A stretch of DNA of 63,193 bases from the NCBI RefSeq assembly GCF_006345805.1, contig NW_021833442.1:1-63193 (forward strand), written 5' to 3'. Position numbers and translations under genes: made by a program. The notes below the pieces were generated by a model. That model did no database searches. It was not told the DNA's origin and saw only the letters and a program-made list of their open reading frames with translations. The stretch is from Octopus sinensis (lineage: Eukaryota). Shown piece by piece: positions 37,601 through 51,775 of the stretch (the first letter of the stretch is position 1; the number at the start of each line of letters is the position of its first letter).

Positions 37601-40600
37601 GATCTAATGTGTAGCATATACACAATGTGAATGATCTAATGTGTAGCATATACACAATGTGAATGATCTAATGTGTAGCATATACACAATGTGAATGATC
37701 TAATGTGTAGCATATACACAATGTGAATGATCTAATGTGTAGCATATACACAATGTGAATGATCTAATATGTAGCATATACACAATGTGAATGATCTAAT
37801 GTGTAGCATATACACAATGTGAATGATCTAATGTGTAGCATATACACAATGTGAATGATCTAATATGTAGCATATACACAATGTGAATGATCTAATATGT
37901 AGCATATACACAATGTGAATGATCTAATGTGTAGCATATACACAATGTGAATGATCTAATGTGTAACATATACACAATCTGAATGATCTAATGTGTAGCA
38001 TATACACAATGTGAATGATCTAATGTGTAGCATATACACAATGTGAATGATCTAATGTGAAGCATATACACAATGTGAATGATCTAATGTGTAGCATATA
38101 CACAATGTGAATGATCTAATGTGTAGCATATACACAATGTGAATGATCTAATGTGTAACATATACACAATGTGAATGATCTAATGTGTAGCATATACACA
38201 ATGTGAATGATCTAATGTGTAGCATATACACAATATGAATGATCTAATGTGTAACATATACACAATGTGAATGATCTAATGTGTAGCATATACACAATGT
38301 GAATGATCTAATGTGTAACATATACACAATGTGAATGATCTAATGTGTAACATATACACAATGTGAATGATCTAATGTGTAACATATACACAATGTGAAT
38401 GATCAAATGTGTAACATATACACAATGTGAATGATCTAATGTGTAGCATATACACAATGTGAATGATCTAATGTGTAGCATATACACAATGTGACTGATC
38501 TAATGTGTAGTATATACACAATATGAATGATCTAATGTGTAACATATACTCAATGTGAATGATCTAATGTGTACCATATACACAATGTGAATGATCTAAT
38601 GTGTAACATATACACAATGTGAATGATCTAATGTGTAACATATACACAATGTGAATGATCTAATGTGTAGCATATACACAATGTGAATGATCTAATGTGT
38701 AGCATATACACAATGTGAATGATCTAATGTGTAGCATATACACAATGTGAATGATCTAATGTGTAACATATACACAATGTGAATGATCTAATGTGTAACA
38801 TATACACAATGTGAATGATCTAATGTGTAGCATATACACAATGTGAATGATCTAATGTGTAGCATATACACAATGTGAATGATCTAATGTGTAGCATATA
38901 CACAATGTGAATGATCTAATGTGTATCATATACACAATGTGAATGATCTAATGTGTAGCATATACACAATGTGGATGATCTAATGTGTAGCATATACACA
39001 ATGAGAATGATCTAATGTGGAGCATATACACAATGTGAATTATCTAATGTGTAGCATATACACAACGTGAATGATCTAATGTGTAGCATATACACAATGT
39101 GAATGATCTAATGTGTAGCATATACACAATTTGAATGATCTAATGTGTAGCATATACACAATGTGAATGATCTAATATGTAATATATACACAATGTGAAT
39201 GATCTAATGTGTAACATATACACAATGTGAATGATCTAATGTGTAGCATATACACAATGTGAATGATCTAATGTGTAGCATATACACAATATGAATAATC
39301 TAATGTGTAACATATACACAATGTGAATGATCTATGTGTAGCATATACACAATGTGAATGATCTAATGTGTAACATATACACAATGTGAATGATCTAATG
39401 TGTAACATATACACAATGTGAATGATCTAATGTGTAACATATACACAATGTGAATGATCTAATGTGTAGCATATACACAATGTGAATGATCTTATGTGTA
39501 GCATATACACAATGTGAATGATCTAATGTGTAGCATATACACAGTGTGAATGATCTAATATGTAGCATATACACAATATGAATGATCTAATGTGTAACAT
39601 ATACACAATGTGAATGATCAAATGTGTACCATATACACAATGTGAATGATCTAATGTGTAACATATACACAATGAGAATGATCTAATGTGAAGCATATAC
39701 AAAATGTGAATGATCTAATGTGTAACATATACACCATATGAATGATCTAATGTGTAACATATACACCATGTGAATGATCTAATGTGTAACATATACACAA
39801 TGTGAATGATCTAATGTGAAGCATATACAAAATGTGAATGATCTAATGTGTAACATATACACCATATGAATGATCTAATGTGTAACATATACACAATGTG
39901 AATGATCTAATGTGTAACATATACACAATGTGAATGATCTAATGTGTAGCATATACACAATGTGAATGATCTAATATGTAGCATATACACAATGTGAATG
40001 ATCTAATGTGTAGCATATACACAATGTGAATGATCAAATGTGTAACATATACACCATATGAATGATCTAATGTGTAACATATACACCATGTGAATGATCT
40101 AATGTGTAACACATACACCATGTGAATGATCTAATGTGTAGTATATACACCATATGAATGATCTAATGTGTAGCATATACATCATATGAATGATCTAATG
40201 TTTAGCATATACACAATGTGAATGATCTAATGTGTAACATATACACCATATGAATGATCTAATGTGTAACATATACACCATATGAATGATTTAATGTGTA
40301 GCATATACACCATATGAATGATCTCATGTGTAGCATATACACAATGTGAATGATCTAATGTGTAACATATACAGCATGTGAATGATCTAATGTGAAGCAT
40401 ATATACAATGTGAATGATCTAATGTGTAACATATACACAATGTGAATGATCTAATATGTAGCATATACACCATATGAATGATCTAATGTGTAGCATATAC
40501 ACGATGTGAATGATCTAATGTGTAACATATGCACCATATGAATGATCCAATGTGTAGCATATACACAATGTGAATGATCTAATGTGTAGCATATACACAA

Positions 40601-43600
40601 AGTGAATGATCTAATGTGTAACATATACACAATGTGAATGATCTAATGTGTAGCATATACACAATGTGAATGATCTAATGTGTAGCATATACACAATGTG
40701 AATGATCTAATGTGTAACATATACACAATGTGAATGATCTAATGTGTAGCATATACACAATGTGAATGATCTAATGTGTAGCATATACACAATGTGAATG
40801 ATCTAATGTGAAGCATATACACAATGTGAATGATCTAATGTGTAGCATATACACAATGTGAATGATCTAATGTGTAGCATATACACAATGTGAATGATCT
40901 AATGTGTAACATATACACAATGTGAATGATCTAATGTGTAGCATATACAGAATGTGAATGATCTAATGTGTAGCATATACACAATATGAATGATCTAATG
41001 TGTAACATATACACAATGTGAATGATCTAATATGTAGCATATACACAATGTGAATGATCTAATGTGTAACATATACACAATGTGAATGATCTAATGTGTA
41101 ACATATACACAATGTGAATGATCTAATGTGTAACATATACACAATGTGAATGATCAAATGTGTAACATATACACAATGTGAATGATCTAATGTGTAGCAT
41201 ATACACAATGTGAATGATCTAATGTGTACCATATACACAATGTGAATGATCTAATGTGTAGTATATACACAATATGAATGATCTAATGTGTAACATATAC
41301 ACAATGTGAATGATCTAATGTGTACCATATACACAATGTGAATGATCTAATGTGTAACATATACACAATGTGAATGATCTAATGTGTAACATATACACAA
41401 TGTGAATGATCTAATGTGTAGCATATACACAATGTGAATGATCTAATGTGTAGCATATACACAATGTGAATGATCTAATGTGTAGCATATACACAAAGTG
41501 AATGATCTAATGTGTAACATATACACAATGTGAATGATCTAATGTGTAACATATACACAATGTGAATGATCTAATGTGTAGCATATACACAATGTGAATG
41601 ATCTAATGTGTAGCATATACACAATGTGAATGATCGAATGTGTAGCATATACACAATGTGAATGATCTAATGTGTATCATATACACAATGTGAATGATCT
41701 AATGTGTAGCATATACACAATGTGGATGATCTGATGTGTAGCATATACACAATGTGAATGATCTAATGTGTAGCATATACACAAGGTGATTTATCTAATG
41801 TGTAGCATATACACAACGTGATTGATCTAATGTGTAGCATATACACAATGTGAATGATGTAATGTGTAGCATATGCACAATTTGAATGATCTAATGTGTA
41901 GCATATACACAATGTGAATGATCTAATGTGTAACATATACACAATGTGAATGATCTAATGTGTAACATATACACAATGTGAATGATCTAATGTGTAGCAT
42001 ATACACAATGTGAATGATCTAATTTGTAGCATATACACAATATGAATGATCTAATGTGTAACATATACACAATGTGAATGATCTAATGTGTAGCATATAC
42101 ACAATGTGAATGATCTAATGTGTAACATATACACAATGTGAATGATCTAATGTGTAACATATACACAATGTGAATGATCTAATGTGTAACATATACACAA
42201 TGTGAATGATCTAATGTGTAACATATACACAATGTGAATGATCTAATGTGTAGCATATACACAATGTGAATGATCTAATGTGTAGCATATACACAATTTG
42301 AATGATCTACTATGTAGCATATACACAATATGAATGATCTAATGTGTAACATATACACAATGTGAATGATCAAATGTGTACCATATACACAATGTGAATG
42401 ATCTAATGTGTAACATATACACAATGAGAATGATCTAATGTGTAACATATACACATTGTGAATGATCTAATGTGTAGCATATACACAATGTGAATGATCT
42501 AATGTGTAGCATATACACAATGTGAATGATCTAATGTGTAGCATATACACAAAGTGAATGATCTAATGTGTAACATATACACAATGTGAATGATCTAATG
42601 TGTAACATATACACAATGTGAATGATCTAATGTGTAGCATATACACAATGTGAATGATCTAATGTGTAGCATATACACAATGTGAATGATGTAATGTGTA
42701 GCATATACACAATGTGAATGATCTAATGTGTAGCATATACACAATGTGAATGATCTAATATGTAACATATACACAATGTGAATGATCTAATGTGTAACAT
42801 ATACACAATGTGAATGATCTAATGTGTAGCATATACACAATGTGAATGATCTAATGTGTAGCATATACACAATGTGAATGATCTAATGTGTAACATATAC
42901 ACAATGTGAATGATCTAATGTGTAGCATATACACTATGTGAATGATCTAATGTGTAGCATATACACAATGTGAATGATCTAATGTGTAGCATATACACAA
43001 TGTGAATGATCTAATGTGTAACATATACACAATGTGAATGATCTAATGTGTAACATATACACAATGTGAATGATCTAATGTGTAGCATATACACAATGTG
43101 AATGATCTAATGTGTAGCATATACACAATGTGAATGATCTAATGTGTAGCATATACACAATGTGAATGATCTAATGTGTTGCATATACACAATGTAAATG
43201 ATCTAATGTGTAACATATACACAATGTGAATGATCTAATGTGTAGCATATACAAAATTTGAATGATCTAATGTGTAACATATACACAATGTGAATGATCT
43301 AATGTGTAGCATATACACAATGTGAATGATCTATTGTGTAGCATATACACAATATGAATGATCTAATGTGTAGCATATACACAATGTGAATGATCTAATG
43401 TATAGCATATACACAATGTGAATGATCTAATGTGTAGCATATACACAATGTGAATGATCTAATATGTAGCATATACACAATGTGAATGATCTAATATGTA
43501 GCATATACACAATGTGAATGATCTAATGTGAAGCATATACACAATGTGAATGATCTAATGTGTAACATGTACACAATGCGAATGATCTAATGTGTAGCAT

Positions 43601-45756
43601 ATACACAATGTGAATGATCTAATGTGTAGCATATACACAATGTGGATGATCTAATGTGTAGCATATACACAATGTGAATGATCTAATGTGTAGCATATAC
43701 ACAATGTGAATGATCTAATGTGTAGCATATACACAATGTGAATGATCTAATGTGTAGCATATACACAATGTGAATGATCTAATGTGTAGCATATACACAA
43801 TGTGAATGATCTAATGTGTAGCATATACACAATGTGAATGATCTAATGTGTAGCATATCACAATGTGAATGATCTAATGTGTAACATATACACAATGTGA
43901 ATGATCTATGTGTAGCATATACCAATGTGAATGATCTAATGTGTAGCATATACACAATGTGAATGATCTAATGTGTAACATATACACAATGTGAATGATC
44001 TAATGTGTAGCATATACACAATGTGAATGATCTAATGTGTAGCATATACACAATGTGAATGATCTAATAAGTAGCATATACACAATGTGAATGATCTAAT
44101 ATGTAGCATATACACAATGTGAATGATCTAATGTGTAGCATATACACAATGTGAATTATCTAATGTGTAACATATACACAATGTGAATGATCTAATGTGT
44201 AGCATATACACAATGTGAATGATCTAATGTGTAGCATATACACAATGTGAATGATCTAATATGTAGCATATACACAATGTGAATGATCTAATATGTAGCA
44301 TATACACAATGTGAATGATCTAATGTGTAGCATATACACAATGTAAATGATCTAATGTGTAGCATATACACAATGTGAATGATCTAATATGTAGCATATA
44401 CACAATGTGAATGATCTAATGTGTAGCATATACACAATGTGAATGTTCTAATGTGAAACATGTACACAATGTGAATGATCTAATATGTAGCATATACATA
44501 ATGTAAATGATCTAATGTGTAGCATATACACAATGTGAATGATCTAATGTGTAACATATACACAGTGTGAATGATCTAATATGTAGCATATACACAATGT
44601 GAATGATCTAATGTGTAGCATATACACAATGTGAATGGTCTAATGTGAAACATGTACACAATGTGAATGATCTAATATGTAGCATATACACAAAGTGAAT
44701 GATCTAATATGTAGCATATACACAATATGAATGATCTAATGTGTAACATATACACAATGTGAATGATCTAATGTGTAGCATATACACAATGTGAATGATC
44801 TAATGTGTAACATATACACAATGTGAATGATCTAATATGTAGCATATACACAATGTGAATGATCTAATATGTAGCATATACACAATGTGAATGATCTAAT
44901 GTGTAGCATATACACAATGTGAATGATCTAATGTGTAACATATACACAATGTGAATGATCTAATATGTAGCATATACACAATGTGAATGATCTAATGTGT
45001 AGCATATACACAATGTGAATGATCTAATGTGTAACATATACACAATGTGAATGATCTAATATGTAGCATATACACAATGTGAATGATCTAATGTGTAGCA
45101 TATACACAATATGAATGATCTAATGTGTAACATATACACAATGTGAATGATCTAATGTGTAGCATATACACAATGTGAATGATCTAATGTGTAACATATA
45201 CACAATGTGAATGATCTAATATGTAGCATATACACAATATGAATGATCTAATGTGTAGCATATACACAATGTGAATGATCTAATATGTAGCATATACACC
45301 TTGTGAATGATCTAATGTGTAGCATATACACAATGTGAATGATCTAATGTGTAGCATATACACAATATGAATGATCTAATGTGTAACATATACACAATAT
45401 GAATGATCTAATGTGTAACATATACACCATGTGAATGATCTAATGTGTAGCATATACACAATGTGAATGATCTAATGTGTAACATATACACAATGTGAAT
45501 GATCTAATATGTAGCATATACACAATGTGAATGATCTAATGTGTAGCATATACACAATGTGAATGATCTAATATGTAGCATATACACAATGTGAATGATC
45601 TAATATGTAGCATATACACAATGTGAATGGTCTAATGTGAAACATGTACACAATGTGAATGATCTAATGTGTAGCATATACACCATGTGAATGATCTAAT
45701 GTGTAACATATACACAATGTGAATGATCTAATGTGTAGCATATAGATCATTCACAT
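31655..45756. repeat. Satellite array, 32-bp unit ATGTGAATGATCTAATGTGTA(A/G)CATATACAC(A/C), ~440 copies
   Basis: Period of 32 counted directly; ~28% GC; one GATC per consensus unit; degenerate left edge, abrupt fold-back right edge. Confidence 0.98.
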
Positions 45757-45977
45757 CTGAAGTATTTTAGTCGAATAGTATGACCTCGGTGCTTATTTTT
45801 CAAGTGTGGCAAATATTCTATCGTAGCTACTAAGTGACGAGGATGTAAACAAACTAATACCGATAGTCAAGCAGTGAGAAAGAAACACAGACACAAACAC
45901 ATACATATACACAGAAACATACATATACCTACATACATACATATATATATTCACACACACATACACACACACACACA

Positions 45978-46021
<44 letters not shown>

Positions 46022-46032
46022 ATATATATAAT

Positions 46033-46074
<42 letters not shown>

Positions 46075-46077
<3 letters not shown>

Positions 46078-46217
46078 GACGGACATCCTCACAGTTTCTG
46101 TCTGCCGGATTCACTCACAAGACATTGGGCATGCTGTAGGTGCCTCGTAGTAGTACAGAACCCGGAACCACGAGGTTACAAAGAAATTCTTAACTGCACA
46201 ACCATACCAACGCCTAT
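46075..46217 (-). mobile_element. SINE family A 5' half, diverged
   Basis: tacgacgg...ttcactcacaag...gaacccggaaccacg landmarks. Confidence 0.55.
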
Positions 46218-46979
46218 ATAACAATTATTAAATTGGTTATATCCTATTTAATACAGGGTATATTTTTAAAAAATGATTAAAAATAATTACGCAGCGAGGG
46301 AAAAGAAAACCTAAAACAACATTCACTAAATAATATCGTTTTACTTATTTCGACAAATACGGGAGACAACTTCAGGTATGTTTCAATTTTATCTTAAACC
46401 TCAACATCGTAGCTTTCTTCCCTGGTATTTGCCGAAGTAAGGAAGAAAGGACCTTGAAAATAATTAATAATTTTATACAAGACAGTATATTAGTTGTGTG
46501 TGAAAGATCACCGAAATCATAGCTATGGACAATGAACGGGCGAAGAGTAGGAGAGGGAGGAGGAAGAGCGGGGTGAAGGTGGGCGCTAGTTGATGAATGA
46601 AATGCATTATATAATTTATATCCCTTAGATATAGCTCATTAGTCTGATAAATCTTGTTAATCATGATTGTCTTCAACATCACCTTTGCCCTCATACCTCT
46701 TTCATCACCCTCATCATTATCCTGCCTCTTCTTTATATCATATTCCCTGCCCCTACCACTAATACCACCATCACCTCAACAATTATACCTCCGCATCCAC
46801 CCCTTCCTCTTCGTCCACACTATCCGTCGTTGCCCTCATCATCGTCGCCTTCATCGTCGTCGTCGTCATCATCATCATCATTATCCTGATTATCACCACC
46901 ATCATCATTACAAATTCCATGACCACGACCACCACCATAGAAAATGCTACCGTGACCGCAGATGTTGAGGTAACGCCTG

Positions 46980-47017
46980 GTGATATATATATATATATAT
47001 GCATATATATAAATATG

Positions 47018-47051
<34 letters not shown>

Positions 47052-47140
47052 TGTATATATGTATGTATGTATGTATGTATGTTTGTATGTATGTATGCAT
47101 GTATGTTTGTGTGTGTGTTTGTATATACGCATACACATAC

Positions 47141-47185
<45 letters not shown>

Positions 47186-47266
47186 CATATACATAGATTC
47201 ATATCTGCACACACACACGTATATACATATGTATATGTATAAATATGTATGTATATAGGTAGATAA

Positions 47267-47319
<53 letters not shown>

Positions 47320-47329
47320 TAGATAGATG

Positions 47330-47425
<96 letters not shown>

Positions 47426-47440
47426 TACATGTATGTATGT
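46980..47440. repeat. Compound (TA)/(TATG)/(GACA)/(GATA) microsatellite
   Basis: Directly visible. Confidence 0.95.
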
Positions 47441-47822
47441 ACATATAGACATATAGTACGTAAATGTAATACATCGTGCATTGTACCAGCAGTGGTTGAG
47501 TTAGGCATGTCTGTGGTCCGCTTTGCAATTAATCAATTAATTGCTGAATAACGTCTACAAAGCAATGAATAGCGAGAAAACTCTGCCTCTGGCTATTTGA
47601 AACGATCCTAATCTTCAACGAAGTTATGTTTCAATACAATCTTCATATTTTTCTTGATTCCTCTGCGTGCGTGCGCGTGTGTTTATTCCTGGATTTTCAG
47701 AACAACGGTACATTCTTTCCTTAATACAGTTTTTCTCGATAGCCACAACCTTTGTCGAGGTCCATTTCATTCTTTGAATCCAAATTTTTATTATATATAA
47801 ATGTGTGTGTGTGTGTATGTAT

Positions 47823-48223
47823 ACTTTTTACTCTCTTTTACTTGTTTCAGTCATTTGACGGTGGCCATGCCATGCTGGAGCACCGCCTTTTAGTCGAGCA
47901 AATCGACCCCAGGACTTATTCTTTGTAAACCTAGTACTTATTCTATCGGTCTACTTTGTCGAACCGCTAAGTTACGGAGATGTAAACACACCACCAACGG
48001 TTGTCAAGCGACGTTAGGGGGGACAAATACAGACGCACAAACATATACACATACATATTTGTATACATATATACGCCAGGCTTCTTTCAGTTTCCGTCTA
48101 CTAAATCCACTCACAAGGCTTGGTCGGCCCGAGGCTATAGTAGAAGCCCAAGTTGCCACAAAGTGGGAATAAACCAGGAACCATGTGGCTGGTAAGCAAG
48201 CTACTTACCACACAGTCACTCCT
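47823..48223 (-). mobile_element. SINE family A, full length
   Basis: High similarity to 60,099-60,508 and to the reverse complement of 6,831-7,205. Confidence 0.9.
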
Positions 48224-48232
48224 GCATGTATG

Positions 48233-48268
<36 letters not shown>

Positions 48269-48741
48269 CGTGTGTGTGTATGTATGTGTGTGTGAATGTG
48301 TGTATATATATATATGCATGTATGTATATATATATGTGTGTGTATGTTTACGCAGGTATGTGCACATGCATGTATGTCTAGTTTCTATTTCACAAACTAT
48401 CTCCCTATATATAGATACATGTGTGTGTGCATGCATAGGCATGTGCATATGTATGTGTATGCATGTGTGTGTGTTTGTGTATGTGTGTGTGTGTGCGTGT
48501 GTGAGTGTGTGTGTGTGTACATCTATAGGAGACACTGATTGCCAGAGATCTCTGTCGAGGAAATTTATGGCCTGGCGATTCTCATTAAGCGTGCATTTAG
48601 CTAGGCATCTCGACAATAATAAGTCAGCTACGTTGATGGTTTAAGAGGCTGGCAATAGCAACAGCAACAACGACAATATCAGTGGTAGAAACAAGAACAA
48701 CAGATTTAATATTATCATCATCAATAAGAACAATGATAATA

Positions 48742-48905
48742 AGGCGCAGTGGAGAAGGTGTGGTAAGAAGTTTGCTTCCCAAGCAAATGGTTCCAGTTTC
48801 AGTCCTACTGCGCGGCAACTTGGGCAAATTCCTTCAACTATAGCTCTCTTCGACCAAAGGCTAGTGAATCAATTTGGTTTAGTAGAAAGAAAGAGACCCG
48901 TCGTG
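48742..48905 (+). mobile_element. SINE family A 5' half
   Basis: gtgtggtaagaagtttgcttcccaagcaaatggttccagtttcagtcctactgcgcggcaacttgggcaa. Confidence 0.7.
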
Positions 48906-48941
48906 TGTGTGTGTATGAGAGAGAGAGAGTGTGTGTGTGTG

Positions 48942-48976
<35 letters not shown>

Positions 48977-49402
48977 AAAAAAAAGATCTACAGGTGTCAA
49001 TTCATTACGGCCGTTTCAAGTGGCTCTTTTAATTGATTAATGAAAGCATTACATCATTTGAAAAAACCGTCCTCCTCAGATGACCATATAAACTTCAAAC
49101 ATAAAGGATACAACCATTTCTTTTAACATTATCCATCAAATAATGGAACTCAGAATATTTACATTATTTTTTTTTTTTTTGTCATATCTGTGGCAGAATG
49201 AGTTTAGAAAAAAATGTACACCACGTCAAGCCTACTATAATTTAGAGTGTAGCCTTAATTTAAGGTGCCTTAATTTAAGTACTTAATTCCACGGAATCTT
49301 AACATAATTAATGGATAAAATCATTAAAACTAATGAATTTTATCAGTGGCCAGCATATAAAAAACTTTTTAGGTAAAATACATATATAGAGATATATAAT
49401 TC

Positions 49403-49722
49403 TACAATTATACTGAAGGGCACAGAAGCTACCATGCCTATATGCTGAAAGTAGACGCCGAATATGCGAATATATCCAACCACTTCACGTATACATACAA
49501 GTTGAAAGCAGGAAAGCAAACTCACTAAAAATTCATAAAATGATTCAGATAGTTTTGGATTGATCAACGTCTGGTTTAGTTTGGTAACTTTTCATTCGTC
49601 AGCAAAACATATTGAGCGAAATAAATGAAATAAATTAAATAGATAAAAGGTGGTTTGGCATATTCGGCGTCTACTTTCAGCATATAGGCATTGTAGATTC
49701 TGTGCCCTTAGATATAATTGTA
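49403..49722. repeat. Inverted repeat, 65-bp arms (34-bp perfect core)
   Basis: atgcctatatgctgaaagtagacgccgaatatgc at 49,434-49,467 is the reverse complement of 49,658-49,691; 190-bp spacer. Confidence 0.9.
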
Positions 49723-49732
49723 CTCCATACAA

Positions 49733-49787
<55 letters not shown>

Positions 49788-50032
49788 CTCTCTCTCCATA
49801 TATATATATATATATATATAAACAATAATAATAATAAGGATTATTATTATGAAGTTGTATAGCATTATCTTTATTTCTTAAAGTTGTTCTTTTATCTACT
49901 CTGCGTTGTATGATGTAGAGTTGTCCCTTACGTTAGACACGAACAATCTCCAATTCAAGTTGTTATTGGATAATCAGTTTTAATCCATTATTTAAAAAGA
50001 TTTTGTTGTTTAAATGTTTATTATTGTTTATA

Positions 50033-50660
50033 CTACGCAAATGTCAAGTTCCTCGTGTGCAAACATCTCAAAACCTGTTCCTGTCCAGAATTTATTACAT
50101 TGCCCTTGACTATAACAAATCTGGTAAAATTCTTCTAAACTAAGTCACATCTTTTAGTTCCAGAGGTCTGTATGGGTTTGCAGTACAAATTAATTCGCAA
50201 CTGATAGCATAGTCTTTGTTTCTGTCTTTAATATACTACATTAAGTTACTAAGACTTGTTTGGAATCTTATTTTTATCTCTAAATGAACTCAAATGATTT
50301 GCCAGTCTCCTCATGATAATTAATGATGTCCCACTGATGTAAAAGTATTCGTTACCCTCAGATGTAACTTTACGTCTATATATTACATTCTTATTCTTAC
50401 ACTTATTTTTACATAATAATTGCAAAGATATTCTTTTATATTTCTCTCAGATTTAGTTTCAATTTCATCATTCATTGTAGAATCAAATTCATTTCCACCA
50501 AGTTCTTTATTACTATTTACTCCCTCAGTTAACGTTATCTTTGTTCTATTTCTAGCTGAACTTTTGTTTGGTCCAACGTTATTAACTACGTTAAATTGCG
50601 TTCTTTCACTTTCAGCAACTTTTATATTCTTAGCGTCCTCTTCTATATGAGCTTTTTTTT
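50033..50660 (-). pseudogene. Penelope-like element GIY-YIG endonuclease relic
   Basis: Manual translation across frameshifts: LCNYYVK...YRRKVTSEG/EYFYISGTSLIIMRRLANHLSSFRDKNK/TSLSNLM*YIKDRNKDYAISCELICTANPY/GTKRCDL...INSGQEQVLRCLHTRNLTF, matching the PLE pattern CNC..VY..YIG.T...R...H..SF..T.LS.YIW.LK..W..PY..C.LC..LN...CRH. Confidence 0.7.
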
Positions 50661-50974
50661 TTTATTCCGTTTGACATAATTATGCTTAATATTTACTATG
50701 TTACTCTGATTATGATAGCTTTTTTGAAATTTCAGTATTACTTTTACGTTCTGTGTTGCTATAATTTGTGCAATACTTTTGCTACGACAATAATCCATGC
50801 GAATCTTATTTTATTTTTTATTTATTTATTTTATTTTATTTTATCTAGTTTCAGTATATATAATATATATATATATATAATATATATATATATATAATAG
50901 TGCAACTTCCCCCCACTATCTGATGTCGCTGGGTCAGAAGTGAGGGCCTGTGGCATTTGGTAAATCTATCGAAT

Positions 50975-51037
50975 ATAGTGCCGATGAAGGAAATCAAACT
51001 ATTTTCTGAGTTTGTGATCCAGAAACATGTTCGCTAT
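50975..51037 (+). ncRNA. Degenerate hammerhead-like fold
   Basis: atagtg-CCGATGA-a-gga...tcc-a-GAAA-CATG-T-T-cgctat: 6-bp helix I, interrupted helix II, palindromic ACATGT helix III; core U4 replaced by C. Confidence 0.4.
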
Positions 51038-51217
51038 TAACGGTAAGAGATTGTTTACGTCTATTTACTACTCCGATTTTGTGTATGTGAACCGCAGGGT
51101 CCGTCGTTTTTGGATTCTCCACTTACAGAAAATGGAAAAAACAGTCTTTGACTGCCATTTCTAATTCCTTCGGTATGCGGCGAAGCAGCCTGTTGCTAGC
51201 CCTTTTTATTAGTTTTG

Positions 51218-51272
<55 letters not shown>

Positions 51273-51284
51273 CTTTTTTCTTTT

Positions 51285-51667
51285 AGCACTCCGTCGGTTA
51301 CGACGATGAGGGTTCCGGTTGATTCGAATCAACGGAACAGCTGCTCGTGAAATTAACGTGTAAGTGGCTGAGCACTCCACAGACACGTGTACCCTTAACG
51401 TAGTTCTCGGGGATATTCAGCGTGACACAGAGAGTAACAGGCCGGCCCCTTGAAATACAGGTACACAGAAACAGGAAGGAAGTAAGAGTGAGAGAAAGTT
51501 GTGGTGAAAGAGTACAGCAGGGATCACCACCATCCCCTGCCGGAGCCTCGTGGAGCTTTTAGGTGTTTTCGCTCAATAAACACTCACAATGCCCGGTCTG
51601 GGAATCGAAACCGCGATCCTATGACCGCGAGTCCGCTGCCCTAACCACTGGGCCATTGCGCCTCCAC
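51285..51667 (-). mobile_element. tRNA(Arg)-like-headed SINE, third family (resembles the octopus OR-type SINEs)
   Basis: Minus-strand head ggcgcaaTGGCCCAGTGGttagggcagcggactcgcggtcataggatcgcGGTTTCGATTCCcagaccggg with clear A/B boxes; ~380 bp, little diverged. Confidence 0.8.
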
Positions 51668-51668
51668 T

Positions 51669-51732
<64 letters not shown>

Positions 51733-51735
51733 TAT

Positions 51736-51775
<40 letters not shown>

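Noticed and set aside
31734-40121. His/Cys-rich ORFs (MVYMLHIRSFTWCICYTLDHSH...) resembling metal-binding or zinc-finger repeats
   Set aside because: They are minus-strand readings of the 32-bp satellite; the consensus has a TAG every 96 nt and the ORFs open only where variants remove it; spacing does not fit C2H2.
31655-45756. CRISPR-like array (regular ~32-bp palindromic repeat)
   Set aside because: Units are directly tandem with no unique spacers, no cas genes, and the context is eukaryotic.
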